DNA of 63,399 bases, counting the filler, from Octopus bimaculoides (lineage: Eukaryota): assembly GCF_001194135.2 (NCBI RefSeq). It is 7 parts of 7 records of this genome, joined end to end, with 100 filler letters (N's around TTAATTAATTAA, not from the genome) between each part and the next. Parts side by side here need not be neighbours in the genome. Positions count along the whole stretch, not along the records: positions 1 to 7,300 come from NC_069005.1; positions 7,401 to 19,750 come from NC_068981.1; 5 more parts are not named here. One strand, written 5' to 3'. The notes under the pieces are model-generated. The model searched no databases. It saw nothing but the letters and a program-made list of their open reading frames with translations, and had not been told where the DNA came from. Below, in pieces: positions 1-12,139 of this stretch (the first letter of the stretch is position 1; the number at the start of each line of letters is the position of its first letter). The position numbers and the translations under genes are program-made.

Positions 1-6
1 TGTATA

Positions 7-68
<62 letters not shown>

Positions 69-117
69 ATGCATATATATGTATACATGAATGTGAGTAA
101 TTTGTGTATAAGTATAT

Positions 118-297
118 ATCCTTATTATTCCCACAACATTAAATGGAGTATCATTGATAGGGCCCCTCCGTACTCAGCTGACACTCACAACTGCCAACTA
201 TGCCTCCATAAGAGACTATACATACTCTACCAATTTGCAATATCCATCAACTGGAAGAATGAATTATCTTACAATTGCCACCAGAAGTACACCTGTT
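118..297 (+). mobile_element. Penelope-like element, C-terminal GIY-YIG endonuclease remnant
   Basis: Translation IKWSIIDRAPPY...CQLCLHKRLYILY...NWKNELSYNCHQK resembles the C-terminus of Penelope-like GIY-YIG domains (W-S-I-x-D-x-A-x-x-Y, CxLCL, NEL-xxx-C-x-H). Confidence 0.6.
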
Positions 298-1289
298 AAT
301 AACTTCAAGCCACTGGCAGCCAACCATCCAGATATGTCAACTTAGACATCCTTGCACAAGAGCACAGCACTCAACTCCTGCCACCCATATAGACTACAAA
401 CTCATCAATGTTGATAATCCAACCTAGTACCATGAAATCTGGGCACTTAAAGGGAAGGGCTGTGATAACACCCCATACTGCCATGTGTGGCATCAAATAC
501 AACAAACTGATGTCACTAAATAAACTATACCACAGCTTCCAACATAGTGGCAACAGATATTTGCCAACATCCTGTCTGACCACATGGACCTAAGAACAAA
601 GAAAACTGATGTAGATTCTAGACCAATAACACCACATGATCTGAGTCGCCTAATAAATGCCTGATGAGTTAAGTTCATTCTAAGAGCCTATGATACTTCA
701 AGTTACACAAAGCCGAACCAAACTGTTAAAACATATAATAAATGCACAAACAAATGGAAAACAGACACAGACGGTCACCAGCTCCTCACCAGTTATCAGC
801 TAGAGGGTCAGAACAATTTCCTGTCTTATGATAATATTGTTTCCCTTCTGGTGGCACCAGCAACAAGAAGAAGCTGCCAGGAAAAGAGACCAAAACATAA
901 CAGAATGAGAACAAACAAGAAATGGATAAACATGTAATACACACGTGGACATACAAACACAAATAAATGTGATTCAAGACAAGACCATTAATGAACAGAC
1001 AAGGGACAACGACAAAATAAATAAACAGAATATGGCCTTAGGGCCAGACAGAGGAGACAAAAGAATGGATAATGCAAAGAGGAAAATCCTGAAGGATTAG
1101 AAACAGAAGGACAAGAGACAGCGAAACAGGTTGAACTGGGAGACTAGAGAAAATACAACCAGTTGCTTCAGCAGTCAACGTGAAAAGGAAAGGAGAAAGA
1201 GAAAAAAGAAAAATGGATAACCACAGGTCACATGTCAGTAGTAGAGGGCAGAGAGAAGAGGAGAAAGAGAGGGAGAGAGAAAAAGAGAG

Positions 1290-1465
1290 CATCATCATCA
1301 TTTAATGTCTGTTTTCCACGCTGACATGAGTTGGATGGTTCAACAGGAACTGGCACATTAGAAGACTGTATCAAGCTCTGCTCTCTGCTTTGGCATGGTT
1401 TCTATAACTAGTTGCCTTTCCTAATGCAAACCACATTACAGAGTGTACTAGGTACATTTTACGTA
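1290..1465 (-). mobile_element. RTE LINE 3' tail fragment
   Basis: Reverse-complement similarity to the 3' end of the LINE at about 6000-6160, including the (GAT)n terminus. Confidence 0.7.
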
Positions 1466-1867
1466 AAGCAAGCAGCAGTGAGGTAACCAAATAACTAGCA
1501 AGATGAGACCCCTTAAGGTGGGGGTGAAGTAGTACTGAGGAAAAAAAAAGGTATCTCCTAATACACAATGCACATACAGATACACAAAACAAACGAACAT
1601 TCATAGCATCTTATTAATTGTATAGCTGCATTTTAACTGCAGAAATGATAAAGGAGAAAAGCTATTAAATATGGAAGTATCTATCTATCTTTCTTTCTAT
1701 CTATTTCTCTATTTATCTATCTATCTAGCTATCTCTCTATCTATCAATGTATCTATCTCTCTATCTATCTATATATCTATCTATCTATCTATCTATCAAT
1801 CTATACACACACACACACACATCACACACACAGCACATACAATAACACACACACACACAGCATACAT

Positions 1868-1899
<32 letters not shown>

Positions 1900-1974
1900 T
1901 CAATATGTGAGAGCTAGGTATGCTCAGTATGAGTTTAAGTCTAAATTCTTTTGAGCACTACCGTGTGTTTTCTA

Positions 1975-2445
1975 TACTGTCCAGGGTGTCAAGTTGATAG
2001 CGGCATGGAAGAATAAGGCATATGAAGGGAGGAAAAGCTGCTAGTCCATCAGGGATGGCAACAGAGACACTCAAAATATCTGGTCAGGTAGCTACATGGT
2101 TACTACCCAGCAAGTTAATCAAGTTATATAGGAAGGTGTCATACCCAGTGACTGACATAGCCATATCATTGTAAACTACTTCAAAGGCAAAGGAGATGCC
2201 TTAGAGAGAGAAAATTATAGAGGAATCAAACTGCTGAACCAGGTTATGAAGGTGATGAAGAACCATAGCATAACTGATCTGTAAACCTAGATGAGATATA
2301 GTTTGACTTCACACCTGGAAGAGGTACAACAAATGCAATCTTCCAAGTGAAGCAATTGCAAGAGAAATACTTAGCTAAAAGTAAATTACTATTTCTGGTA
2401 CTCTGAAGATGTTTGACATGGTACCACATTCAGTAATTATGTGGT
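1975..2445 (+). mobile_element. Degenerate RTE LINE reverse transcriptase fragment
   Basis: GKAASPSG...LKISG and KGKGDALERENYRGIKLL...MKV match the copy at 3940-4360, with many stops and frameshifts. Confidence 0.8.
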
Positions 2446-2457
2446 CACATACATATA

Positions 2458-2817
2458 TCGTCATCATCGTTTAACGTCCGCTTTCCATGCTAGCATGGGT
2501 TGGACGATTTGACTGCGGACTGGTGAACCAGATGGCTACACCAGGCTCCAATCTGATTTGGCAGAGTTTCTATAGCTGGATGCCCTTCCTAACACCAACC
2601 ACTCCGAGAGTGTAGTGGGCGCTTTTACGTGCCACCGGCACAAAGGCCAGTCAGGCGGTACTGGCAACGGCCACGATCAAAATGGTGTATTTTACATGCC
2701 ACCTGCACAGGAGCCAGTCCAGCAGCAATGGCAATGATCTCACTCGAATGTCTTTACACGTGCCACCGGCACAAGTGCCAAGAAGGTGACGCTGGTTACA
2801 GGTGTCATCATGATTTC
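2458..2817 (-). mobile_element. RTE LINE 3' UTR copy, cut by a gap
   Basis: Reverse complement of about 5800-6160, including about 66-bp repeat units and the terminal ...ggaaagcggacgttaaacgatgatg. Confidence 0.85.
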
Positions 2818-3389
2818 NNNNNNNNNNNNNNNNNNNNNNNNNNNNNNNNNNNNNNNNNNNNNNNNNNNNNNNNNNNNNNNNNNNNNNNNNNNNNNNNNNN
2901 NNNNNNNNNNNNNNNNNNNNNNNNNNNNNNNNNNNNNNNNNNNNNNNNNNNNNNNNNNNNNNNNNNNNNNNNNNNNNNNNNNNNNNNNNNNNNNNNNNNN
3001 NNNNNNNNNNNNNNNNNNNNNNNNNNNNNNNNNNNNNNNNNNNNNNNNNNNNNNNNNNNNNNNNNNNNNNNNNNNNNNNNNNNNNNNNNNNNNNNNNNNN
3101 NNNNNNNNNNNNNNNNNNNNNNNNNNNNNNNNNNNNNNNNNNNNNNNNNNNNNNNNNNNNNNNNNNNNNNNNNNNNNNNNNNNNNNNNNNNNNNNNNNNN
3201 NNNNNNNNNNNNNNNNNNNNNNNNNNNNNNNNNNNNNNNNNNNNNNNNNNNNNNNNNNNNNNNNNNNNNNNNNNNNNNNNNNNNNNNNNNNNNNNNNNNN
3301 NNNNNNNNNNNNNNNNNNNNNNNNNNNNNNNNATATATATATATATATACATACATATATATAAATAGAAGAAACAGAGGGGGATATAG

Positions 3390-6160
3390 CATCACATGAT
3401 GTGGAAGACAACTGGAGGTTTCTATGGGACAACCTGCTGAGGGCCACTGAACAGATCTGTGGATGGTGCAAAGACCCTCTCGACCCAAGGTAACGTTGTG
3501 GTGGAACAATGTTGTTAACAGGGCCATTAGGGAAAAGAAACACGCTTAGAAGGACTGGAACAACAGTGGTAGCAGGGAAATGTATCAGACTGCCAGAAGA
3601 GAAGCTAGGACACAGGTTTATTTAGCCAGAGGGGAAGCAGATGAGAAAAAATTTGCCAATGTTCTGTGCTGTGAGGATGAAAGACTTGAGGTATTTCGTG
3701 TTGCAAGACTGTGTGAGAGAGAATCGTGATGTCGTAGGGGAGAAATGTGTCCGCATGGATGATGGTTCACTGGCATTAAATGAGGCTGCAAAGAGAGGTT
3801 TGGCGACGCCACTATGAAAGTTGCTAAATAAAGAGAATGAATGGGAGAAAGAGAGTCTGCCAAATGGCGACCCAACAGAGGGACCAGCTATCCGAATTGA
3901 CAGTACATTGGTAGACAAAGCAATTAAGAGTATGAAGACAGGGAAAGCCTTTGGCCCATCAGGAATCACTGCAGAGATGCTCAAAATATCTGGCAGTGTC
4001 AGCTATAGCATAGTCACCCATATAGTTAACCAGATGATACACGAAGGTGTCATACCCAATGATTTGGGTAGCAGCACCACAGTCAACTGCTACAAAGGTA
4101 AATGTGACACTTTAGATACAAATAATTACAGAGGTATCAAGTTGTTGGATCAGGTAGGTAATGAAGGTCATGGAGAGGGTCAAAGCTCAACCAATTAGGG
4201 AGAGAATCAGTTTAGATGAGATGCAGTTTGGGCGGTTCATGCCAGGAAAAAGCACCACTGATGCTATATTTCTGGTAAGACAGCTGCAGGAGAAATACAT
4301 AACCGCAGATAAACCTCTGTACCTGGCTTTCGTTGACATGGAGAAAGCCTTTGACAGGGTCCCCTGATCCCTTATCTAGTGGTCAATGAGGAAACTAGGG
4401 ATAGATGAATGGTTAGTGAGAGCTGTGCAAGCCATGTACAGGGATACTGTCAGTAAGGTGAGGGTTGGTAATGAGTATAATGAAGAATTCTGGGTAGGGG
4501 TAGGGGTCCATCAAAGATCAGGCCTCAGTCCCCTCATATTCATCATAGTCCCCCAGGCAATAACAGAGGAATTCAAAACAGGATGCCCCTGGGAGCTCCT
4601 CTATACTGATGACCTTGCTCTAATTGCTGAGTCACTATCAGACCTAGGTGTAAAGTTTCTAGTGTGGAAGCAAGGATTAGAATCGAAGGGCCTTAGAGTC
4701 AACATAGCTAAAACCAAGTCTTAATAAGTAGGAAGGCAGACAAACCACAAATCCCTTCAGGTAGATGGCCCTGCTTGATCTGTTGAAAAGGCATAGGTAG
4801 AAACTCCATAAGATGTACCCAGTGTAAGCTATGGACACATAAGAGGTGCAGCAATATCAAAGGAAGGCTAACTGGGAAGATAGTTTTTGTATGTGGCAAA
4901 TGCTCAGGTGCTATAAACGCTGAAAATATGCAGAGAACAGCTTCTGTCACATTCCAAGGAGAAAAACTACAAGTAGTAAATAGCTTGCATTACCTAGGTG
5001 ACCAAGTCAGTAGTGGGGGTGGACACTCTCAAAGTGTAGCTGCTAGAATAAGAATGGCCTGGGTAAAGTTCAGAGAGCTCCTACCTCTGCTGGTGACAAA
5101 GAGCCTCTCGCTCAGAGTAAAAGGTAGACTGTAAGACACATGTGTACGAACAGCCATGCTACATGGCAGTGAAACGTTGACCGTGACTACTGAGGACATG
5201 CGTAAGCTTCCAAAGAATGAAGCAAGTATGCTCCGCTGGATACCAGTGTGCATTCACGACAGAGTGTAAGTGCCCTGAGAGAAAAGTTGGATTTAAGAAG
5301 CATCAGATGTAGTGTGCAAGAAAGACAACTGCGCTAGTATGGTCATGTGTTGCGAAAGAATGAGGACAAAAGTGTCACACCCTAGCAGTTGAGGGAACCT
5401 GAGGAAGAGGTAGACCCAGGAAGACCTGAGATGAGGTAGTGAAGCACAACCTTTGAACATTGGGCCTTACCGTGGCAATGACTAGTGACCGAGAGCTTTG
5501 GAGATAGGCTGTGTTTGAGAAGACTTGACAAGCCAAGTGAGACCATAACCCGTGGCCTATGCCAGTGGGTGTAACCAGGTCACTTATGAGTACCCCTCAT
5601 TCATTGGACAATAAACTTTGCTTGTGAAGACCTGTTGAGACAAGTAAAATCAAGATTAAAATCACTGATGTGGCCAATGGCAGTACCGCTTGATTGGCAC
5701 TCATGCCAGTGAGGCATTAAAAGCACCATCCGAGAATGATCGTTGCCAGGGCCGCTGATTGGCTACCATGCCAGGAGCATGTAAAAAGCACCATTCGAGC
5801 GTGATCGTTGCCAGTGTCGCCTAACTGACACATGTGCCAGTGGCACGTGAAAAAACAACATTCGAGCATGGTCCATGCCAGTGCCGCCAGACTGGCTCCC
5901 GTGAGGGTAGCATGTAAAAAACACTTTTTGAGCGTGGTCGCTGCCAGAAATGCCTGACTGGCCCTCATGCTGGTGGTACGTAAAAGCACCCATTACACTC
6001 TTGGAGTGGTTAGCGTTAGGAAGGGCATCCAGATGTAGGAACATTGCCAGATCAGATTGGAGGCTAGTGCAGCCTTTTGGCTCACCAGTCCTCAGTCAAA
6101 CTGTCCAACCCATGCCAGTATGGAAAGCAGACATTAAACGATGCTGATGATGATGATATA
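3390..6160 (+). mobile_element. RTE-clade LINE, 5'-truncated, pseudogenised ORF2 plus 3' UTR and (GAT)n tail
   Basis: RT motifs GKAFGPSG, NYRGIKLL, LAFVDMEKAFDRVP, GVHQRSGLSPLIF and LLYTDDLALI lie in frameshifted ORFs 3821-4198, 4161-4367, 4386-4724 and 4928-5134. The element ends in taaacgatgctgatgatgat. Confidence 0.92.
5690..5995 (+). repeat. Imperfect tandem array (about 66-bp period) in the RTE 3' UTR
   Basis: An aaaagcaccattcgag-like anchor recurs at about 5719, 5784, 5850, 5916 and 5982. Confidence 0.8.
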
Positions 6161-6453
6161 AACATACNNNNNNNNNNNNNNNNNNNNNNNNNNNNNNNNN
6201 NNNNNNNNNNNNNNNNNNNNNNNNNNNNNNNNNNNNNNNNNNNNNNNNNNNNNNNNNNNNNNNNNNNNNNNNNNNNNNNNNNNNNNNNNNNNNNNNNNNN
6301 NNNNNNNNNNNNNNNNNNNNNNNNNNNNNNNNNNNNNNNNNNNNNNNNNNNNNNNNNNNNNNNNNNNNNNNNNATAATATATATATATACACACATATAT
6401 ATACATATATATATATATATACACACATATATATATATATATATAATATATAT

Positions 6454-6561
<108 letters not shown>

Positions 6562-6714
6562 ATATAAATATATATATGAGAGGTATTGGTATCCAGAAGA
6601 TCCAAGGTGGCAGATAACGCTATGTAAGTGCTATGGAAGGACTGAAGTTCAATAATGATACAAGTGAGGAGTCTAATGCGGATCTTGTATGAACATGTAT
6701 ATGTTAAATAACAA

Positions 6715-6778
6715 ATCGTCCAACCCATGCTAGCATGGAAAGCGGACGTTAAACGATGATGATGATGATGATGATGAT
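6715..6778 (+). mobile_element. Very short 3' end of the same RTE family
   Basis: tcgtccaacccatgctagcatggaaagcggacgttaaacgatgatgatg. Confidence 0.8.
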
Positions 6779-6889
6779 ATATATATATATATATATACAT
6801 ATATATGGGGCTAAAAGCAACAGTAACATCCACCCCTAGGGGTCAGCCACACTTAAGTGGCAATATACTACATATATATATATATATAA

Positions 6890-7280
6890 ATGTAAAGTTT
6901 GAGAAGGTAAATGACAAGGAACTTTTTGTGTACACAGTCTGTGACAGACCATGTCTGTCCTTGGCTGGCCTCAAATCTCACCTGCAAACCCATGGAAAAC
7001 AAACCTCATCCAGCTATTCTGATTATATGTCTGTGCACACGTTTGAATGTGGTGTGTGCCAGAGGGTTTGCAAATCCAATGGGGGTCTTAAAAGACATGT
7101 TAGGATCCACAATGAGCAGAACTTACTTGCAGGTATTGGTAGTGCAAATCAGAGGTGCCATCTGTGTGGGTGTTTTTTCAAAACACTGTCTGGTTTAAAA
7201 AGCCACATCAGACGCCATGAAAGGGCTAAGGTGTAGGTGCAGGAGGTGGTCAAACTCTGTGTAAGGAGTAGACAACCAAT
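6890..7280 (+). mobile_element. Triple C2H2 zinc-finger segment, probably the ORF2 C-terminus and 3' UTR of a 5'-truncated RTE-like LINE
   Basis: ORF 6805-7236 has (Y)TVCDRPCLSLAGLKSHLQTH, CGVCQRVCKSNGGLKRHVRIH and CHLCGCFFKTLSGLKSHIRRH. It has no TGEKP linkers. GLxSHxRxH is typical of RTE ORF2 C-terminal fingers. Confidence 0.6.
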
Positions 7281-7300
7281 AAAATATATATATATACATA

Positions 7301-7400
7301 NNNNNNNNNNNNNNNNNNNNNNNNNNNNNNNNNNNNNNNNNNNNTTAATTAATTAANNNNNNNNNNNNNNNNNNNNNNNNNNNNNNNNNNNNNNNNNNNN
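7301..7400. other. Artificial 100-bp scaffold spacer, 44N-TTAATTAATTAA-44N
   Basis: The same construct occurs with the 12-mer at 7345, 19795, 30882, 56099, 58289 and 61434. The 12-mer places stop codons in all six frames. Confidence 0.95.
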
Positions 7401-7554
7401 TACCCAAATTCCAAGCATGAAGCTTTGTTTCTTTGCAAGAAACCAGTTCTCTATCCTTGTGGGAAGAATTCAGAAAAAGAAAAGAAAAAAAAAGAACGAA
7501 CGAAAAAGCGTACACACATTCATGCATGTATACATACATACATACATACATACA

Positions 7555-7588
<34 letters not shown>

Positions 7589-7700
7589 CAATGAATTTGA
7601 AGATGGCAATATTCAAATAGGGGAAAAAATTGCTATAGCCATGTTTCAATATATTCCTATTTACATCCACACCTACGCATGCACTACACACACACGCACG

Positions 7701-7757
<57 letters not shown>

Positions 7758-8589
7758 NNNNNNNNNNNNNNNNNNNNNNNNNNNNNNNNNNNNNNNNNNN
7801 NNNNNNNNNNNNNNNNNNNNNNNNNNNNNNNNNNNNNNNNNNNNNNNNNNNNNNNNNNNNNNNNNNNNNNNNNNNNNNNNNNNNNNNNNNNNNNNNNNNN
7901 NNNNNNNNNNNNNNNNNNNNNNNNNNNNNNNNNNNNNNNNNNNNNNNNNNNNNNNNNNNNNNNNNNNNNNNNNNNNNNNNNNNNNNNNNNNNNNNNNNNN
8001 NNNNNNNNNNNNNNNNNNNNNNNNNNNNNNNNNNNNNNNNNNNNNNNNNNNNNNNNNNNNNNNNNNNNNNNNNNNNNNNNNNNNNNNNNNNNNNNNNNNN
8101 NNNNNNNNNNNNNNNNNNNNNNNNNNNNNNNNNNNNNNNNNNNNNNNNNNNNNNNNNNNNNNNNNNNNNNNNNNNNNNNNNNNNNNNNNNNNNNNNNNNN
8201 NNNNNNNNNNNNNNNNNNNNNNNNNNNNNNNNNNNNNNNNNNNNNNNNNNNNNNNNNNNNNNNNNNNNNNNNNNNNNNNNNNNNNNNNNNNNNNNNNNNN
8301 NNNNNNNNNNNNNNNNNNNNNNNNNNNNNNNNNNNNNNNNNNNNNNNNNNNNNNNNNNNNNNNNNNNNNNNNNNNNNNNNNNNNNNNNNNNNNNNNNNNN
8401 NNNNNNNNNNNNNNNNNNNNNNNNNNNNNNNNNNNNNNNNNNNNNNNNNNNNNNNNNNNNNNNNNNNNNNNNNNNNNNNNNNNNNNNNNNNNNNNNNNNN
8501 NNNNNNNNNNNNNNNNNNNNNNNNNNNNNNNNNNNNNNNNNNNNNNNNNNNNNNNNNNNNNNNNNNNNNNNNNTTTATGAGTAATGCTG

Positions 8590-9010
8590 CTATGGTAGCG
8601 TCGGATAAAATACCCTCAAAGTTGAGGGGGGGGGGTCCGACACTCTTTACATTCTGAGATCAAACAGAATCGTGGTCAACTTTGCCTTTTATCATTTCGG
8701 AGTGATAAAATATAATACAAGCTCAGTATCGGAGTCGATTTAATCGACTAACCCTTCTCCCTCGCCTATATTTCTGGTCATTTGTCTTATGTTAGACCTA
8801 ATCGTTGTTATGGCAAGAGCCATGTGACGAGCTGACAGAATCACTAAGAGAGCCGGAAAAAAGTGTTTTGTGGTATTTCTTACAACTCATTATACGTTCT
8901 AACTTCGTCTTTCATCCCTCCGGGCTCGATGAAATGCCAGTCAAATACTGGAATCAATGTAATTTTGCAAAATTGCTTGCCTTGCACCAAAATTGGAAAG
9001 AATTATTACG
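8590..9010 (+). mobile_element. Two degenerate copies of SINE family A (MetaSINE-like core)
   Basis: Cores gtcaactttgccttttatcatttcggagtgataaaa and ctttcatccctccgggctcgatgaaatg are diverged versions of the 29051-29280 copy. Confidence 0.55.
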
Positions 9011-9684
9011 GTGACAAGTGGAAAAGTAAAAATTTTAGCGTGTCCAACAAAATGCATTGATTTGTGTAGCTGCGGTTCTTATTCTAGCCTTAAGTCTAAA
9101 TTATAAACAACAATGTGATTTCTAACAATGGAACAAAACCAGATGATAGTGGTGGTGGTGGTGGTGGTGATTCCTTTCCTGGAGGAATATTTGTGGTGTT
9201 AGGGTAGTAGATGAGTCCTTTTAGAAATGAAGGCCTCTTCGGGAAATCACATTGGGAGAACAACTACTTGACTACGTTTGCAATGATGTAATAACATATA
9301 CATTGAATTGGACAGAAGAATAAAAGGCGAGAATGAAACGATGTGGTACTCATTACTTTTCCAAAAACATTACGATGTAAATGTCGTCAACAGCTTTCAA
9401 ATGTAACCAGGTCATTCATTTTATCTCGATTGGCAAGGAAGCTCCCGTTGCTCACTCAATGGTGCTTGATATTCAGAAAAATATAAAATAGATTGTTGAT
9501 TCGTTAGCCAAGAATTCCCAAGATTTTAAATGAAGATGAAACTGAGAGCTGCAAGGTTTATGTTTTTGCCTAGGGTACTAGGCAAAATTTTTGCCTCGTG
9601 TATTTTTCCGGGACCCGAAACCATGGGTATTAATAGCGGAGATGAAGTGGGATTACTTCAATTGAAGAAACCACATATATTCTA

Positions 9685-10060
9685 TCTTTTAATTATTTCA
9701 GTCATTAGACTGCGGCCATGCAGGGACACCGCCTTCAGGAGTTTTTAGTCAAACTTATCGACCACAGTACTTATTTTCTTTATAAGCCTGGGTCTTATTC
9801 TATCGGTTACTTTTGCCGAACCACTAAGTTACGGTTGTCAAGCGATGGTGGGGACAAGCACAGACACAAAAACACAGACACGCATACATATACGACGGTC
9901 TTCTTTCAGTTTCTGCCTACCAAATCCACTTATAATAGCTTTGGTCGGCTCGAGGTTATAGTAGAAAACACTTGCCCAAGGTACTACGCAGTGGGACCGA
10001 ACCCGGAATCATGTGGTTGGGAAGCAAGCTTCTTACCGCACAGACACGCCTGCGCCTATC
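9685..10060 (-). mobile_element. tRNA-derived SINE family B
   Basis: Reverse complement has a box A/B-like head (gtgtggtaagaagcttgcttcccaaccacatgattccgggttcggtcccactgcg) and is homologous to 28016-28368 and 50470-50865. Confidence 0.85.
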
Positions 10061-10139
10061 AACACAACCACAAATTCTTTTTGCTTGTTCCAGTCATTGG
10101 ACGGCAGCCGTGCTTAGACACCGCCTTGAAGGGTTAGAC

Positions 10140-10634
10140 CAGGTATAGACAACCTTTTTTGAGAAGCGGGCTGCATGAGACAGAAATCATCATCAGGCCG
10201 GCCGCACCACTTAAAAAAATTCGATAAATTTTCAGATTAACACCCGCACGATTTTCACTAGGGTGTTAGGGTTAGGGTTTTAGAGTAAGGGTTAGGGTTT
10301 TAGGGTTACGGTTACGGTTAGGGTTTAAGGTTAGGGTTAGGGTTAGGGTTTAGAGTTAGGGTTAGGTTTAGGATTAGGGTTAGGGTTTTAGGGTTAGGGT
10401 TAGGTTTAGGATTAGGGTTAGGGTTTTAGGGTTAGGGTTAGGTAATTCCGTCCCTAACCCTAACCCTAACCCTAAAACCCTAACCCTAAGACCCTAACCC
10501 TGACCCTAAAACCCTAACCCTAACACCCTAGTGCAAATCGTGCGGGTGTTAATCTGAAAATTTTCCAAAAATTCAAGGTAATTTTTCGTTAGGTGTGCCA
10601 GTCAGAAAGTCCTGCGGGTCGCAGTTTGCCCATG
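10140..10634. mobile_element. hAT-like non-autonomous element carrying a telomeric fold-back
   Basis: Ends caggtatagacaacctttttt...gcgggctgcatg and cctgcgggtcgcagtttgcccatgac resemble degenerate hAT/Charlie MITE termini. The flanks ggttagac/gtttaatc match at only 5/8, so the TSD is weak. Confidence 0.45.
10226..10563. repeat. Head-to-head interstitial telomeric arrays (TTAGGG)n-(CCCTAA)n within inverted unique arms
   Basis: 10226-10265 aaattttcagattaacacccgcacgattttcactagggtg is the reverse complement of 10524-10563 with one mismatch. TTAGGG variants run about 10266-10443 and CCCTAA variants about 10452-10523. Confidence 0.95.
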
Positions 10635-12139
10635 ACAAGTTTAATCGATCAATCGGTCCCAATATTATTTCACATCTAGTGCTTATTCTGTTGTTCTCGT
10701 TTTGCTGTAGCGCTAAGTTACGAGGATGCAAACAAACTAGCAGTTGTCAAGCGGTGAAAGACAAGCACGCACATATGCATACGCGCGCGCGCACACACAC
10801 ACACACAAATTTTACTTTTCCACTGTTGTCACCATAATGAATCCTTTAGATAAAGGGAAATCTCAGTGTATTCTCTCTAATTCACTTCCCCTCCTTTGAT
10901 GGTCTTCACACACGGATAGTTTTTTTTTTTTTTTTTTCACGTGAACCTCCCTTTCCCCATAACATAATGAAGCTGAACACACGACGTTCAGAGATCGCTT
11001 CCTGTTCGTAATCCTAAACTGAAGTCATTTCACTTTAATTATCCCGCTAAAACCCTTGAGAAAGATATCTAGTCATTTCCAAATATTAAGGATCCATATG
11101 GCTAGTTAGTATTCATCTCCGTTTTCTGTAGCTTAGACAGATTGCTATTCTACTAATAGTAGTACGTTTTTTTCACGTAACAGAATAACTGAAATTTGTG
11201 TTTGAAAGTCTACCAAACGTTAATTAAATTCGACCGCCAGAAAAATGAAGGCAAAGCTAACCTCAGCAGAATTTTTTTTAAATAGAAGGCGTAGCTAAAA
11301 GCCGCAGTTCCTTCTCTTACAGAACCGACTTGAAGCTAAATGGACCGGACAGTTGAGAAATAAATGTCTTGGTAATAAATGTTACTCAGCGACAGTACTA
11401 GCTAGTGTACGAACAGTCAAGTTTTCTGCTGGTTATTCGAAGCCATATCGAATCAGTGGATCGTCCGTGATTCTCACATAACACACCCACCCTCCCCACA
11501 CGTATGCTGAATCACTCAAAATCAATACAATATAGAATAGTGCATTACGATGATATTACGATAGATGCGAGATATTTATGAAATGTCGTCCACTGTTTAT
11601 CTGTGAATAGTACAAAACCTATTTGGTCAGATTGTGGAAATCGATATTCTATTTTAATTACTCGTATTTACTACTACTTACTATGTAAATTGTTTATATT
11701 TAGATAAACAAGCTGTTGACGTTAATTACTCAGTTCTCTATATTTAGACTATTTTTTCCTCCTTTAATGTAATTTCCGAACAGGGCCGGATTAAGGTCAA
11801 CTAATGTTCTAAACACAGTCTAACAATGTTGCCCTCTCGACCCTTCAATTATCTCACTGACAAGACATTAAGCCATAATAATGTGCTAAATGTGAAATAA
11901 TACAATTAAAAATACCGTTTTCTTCTAGTTCATTCCTCAGGTCAGATCCCGCAACTATACTGAATATAAACTGTTTTTCTTCTTTTTTTTTTTTAATAAA
12001 TTTTAATTATATTTATTTAGTACAAAATAGTTGTTAGCATAATGAACACATTACGTATTTATGTATAACTAGATCAACAAGAAAATGTAAATTTTCCAAG
12101 TCTTTGCAAATGGCGCCCGTGAGGCGAAAGCCTCATGTA

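Larger units (their letters stand above)
10085..10810 (-). mobile_element. Older SINE family B copy split by an insertion at about 10140-10634
   Basis: 10085-10137 and 10635-10810 are consecutive parts of the family B sequence seen intact at 9700-9880 and 19435-19630. Confidence 0.65.

Noticed and set aside
5690-5995. Regularly spaced repeats resembling a CRISPR array
   Set aside because: Whole units are homologous with no unique spacers, they lie in a LINE 3' UTR, and there are no cas genes in this eukaryotic context.
6824-6855. Small palindromes ACCCCTAGGGGT and GCCAC-N6-GTGGC
   Set aside because: They are too short to distinguish from chance without more copies.
7345-7356. TTAATTAATTAA recurring six times in the window
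   Set aside because: It is always centred in a 44N+12+44N block, so it is an artificial six-frame-stop scaffold linker and not biological.
10226-10563. Ancestral chromosome end-to-end fusion site
   Set aside because: Mirror homology stops after 40 bp and the block interrupts a SINE, which fits an inserted element better. It is not formally excluded.
10935-11012. Minus-strand DYEQEAISERRVFSFIMLWGKGG after tttAG, as a possible cadherin exon
   Set aside because: Only the DYE tripeptide matches. The phase does not continue the 39795 exon and there is no convincing donor.
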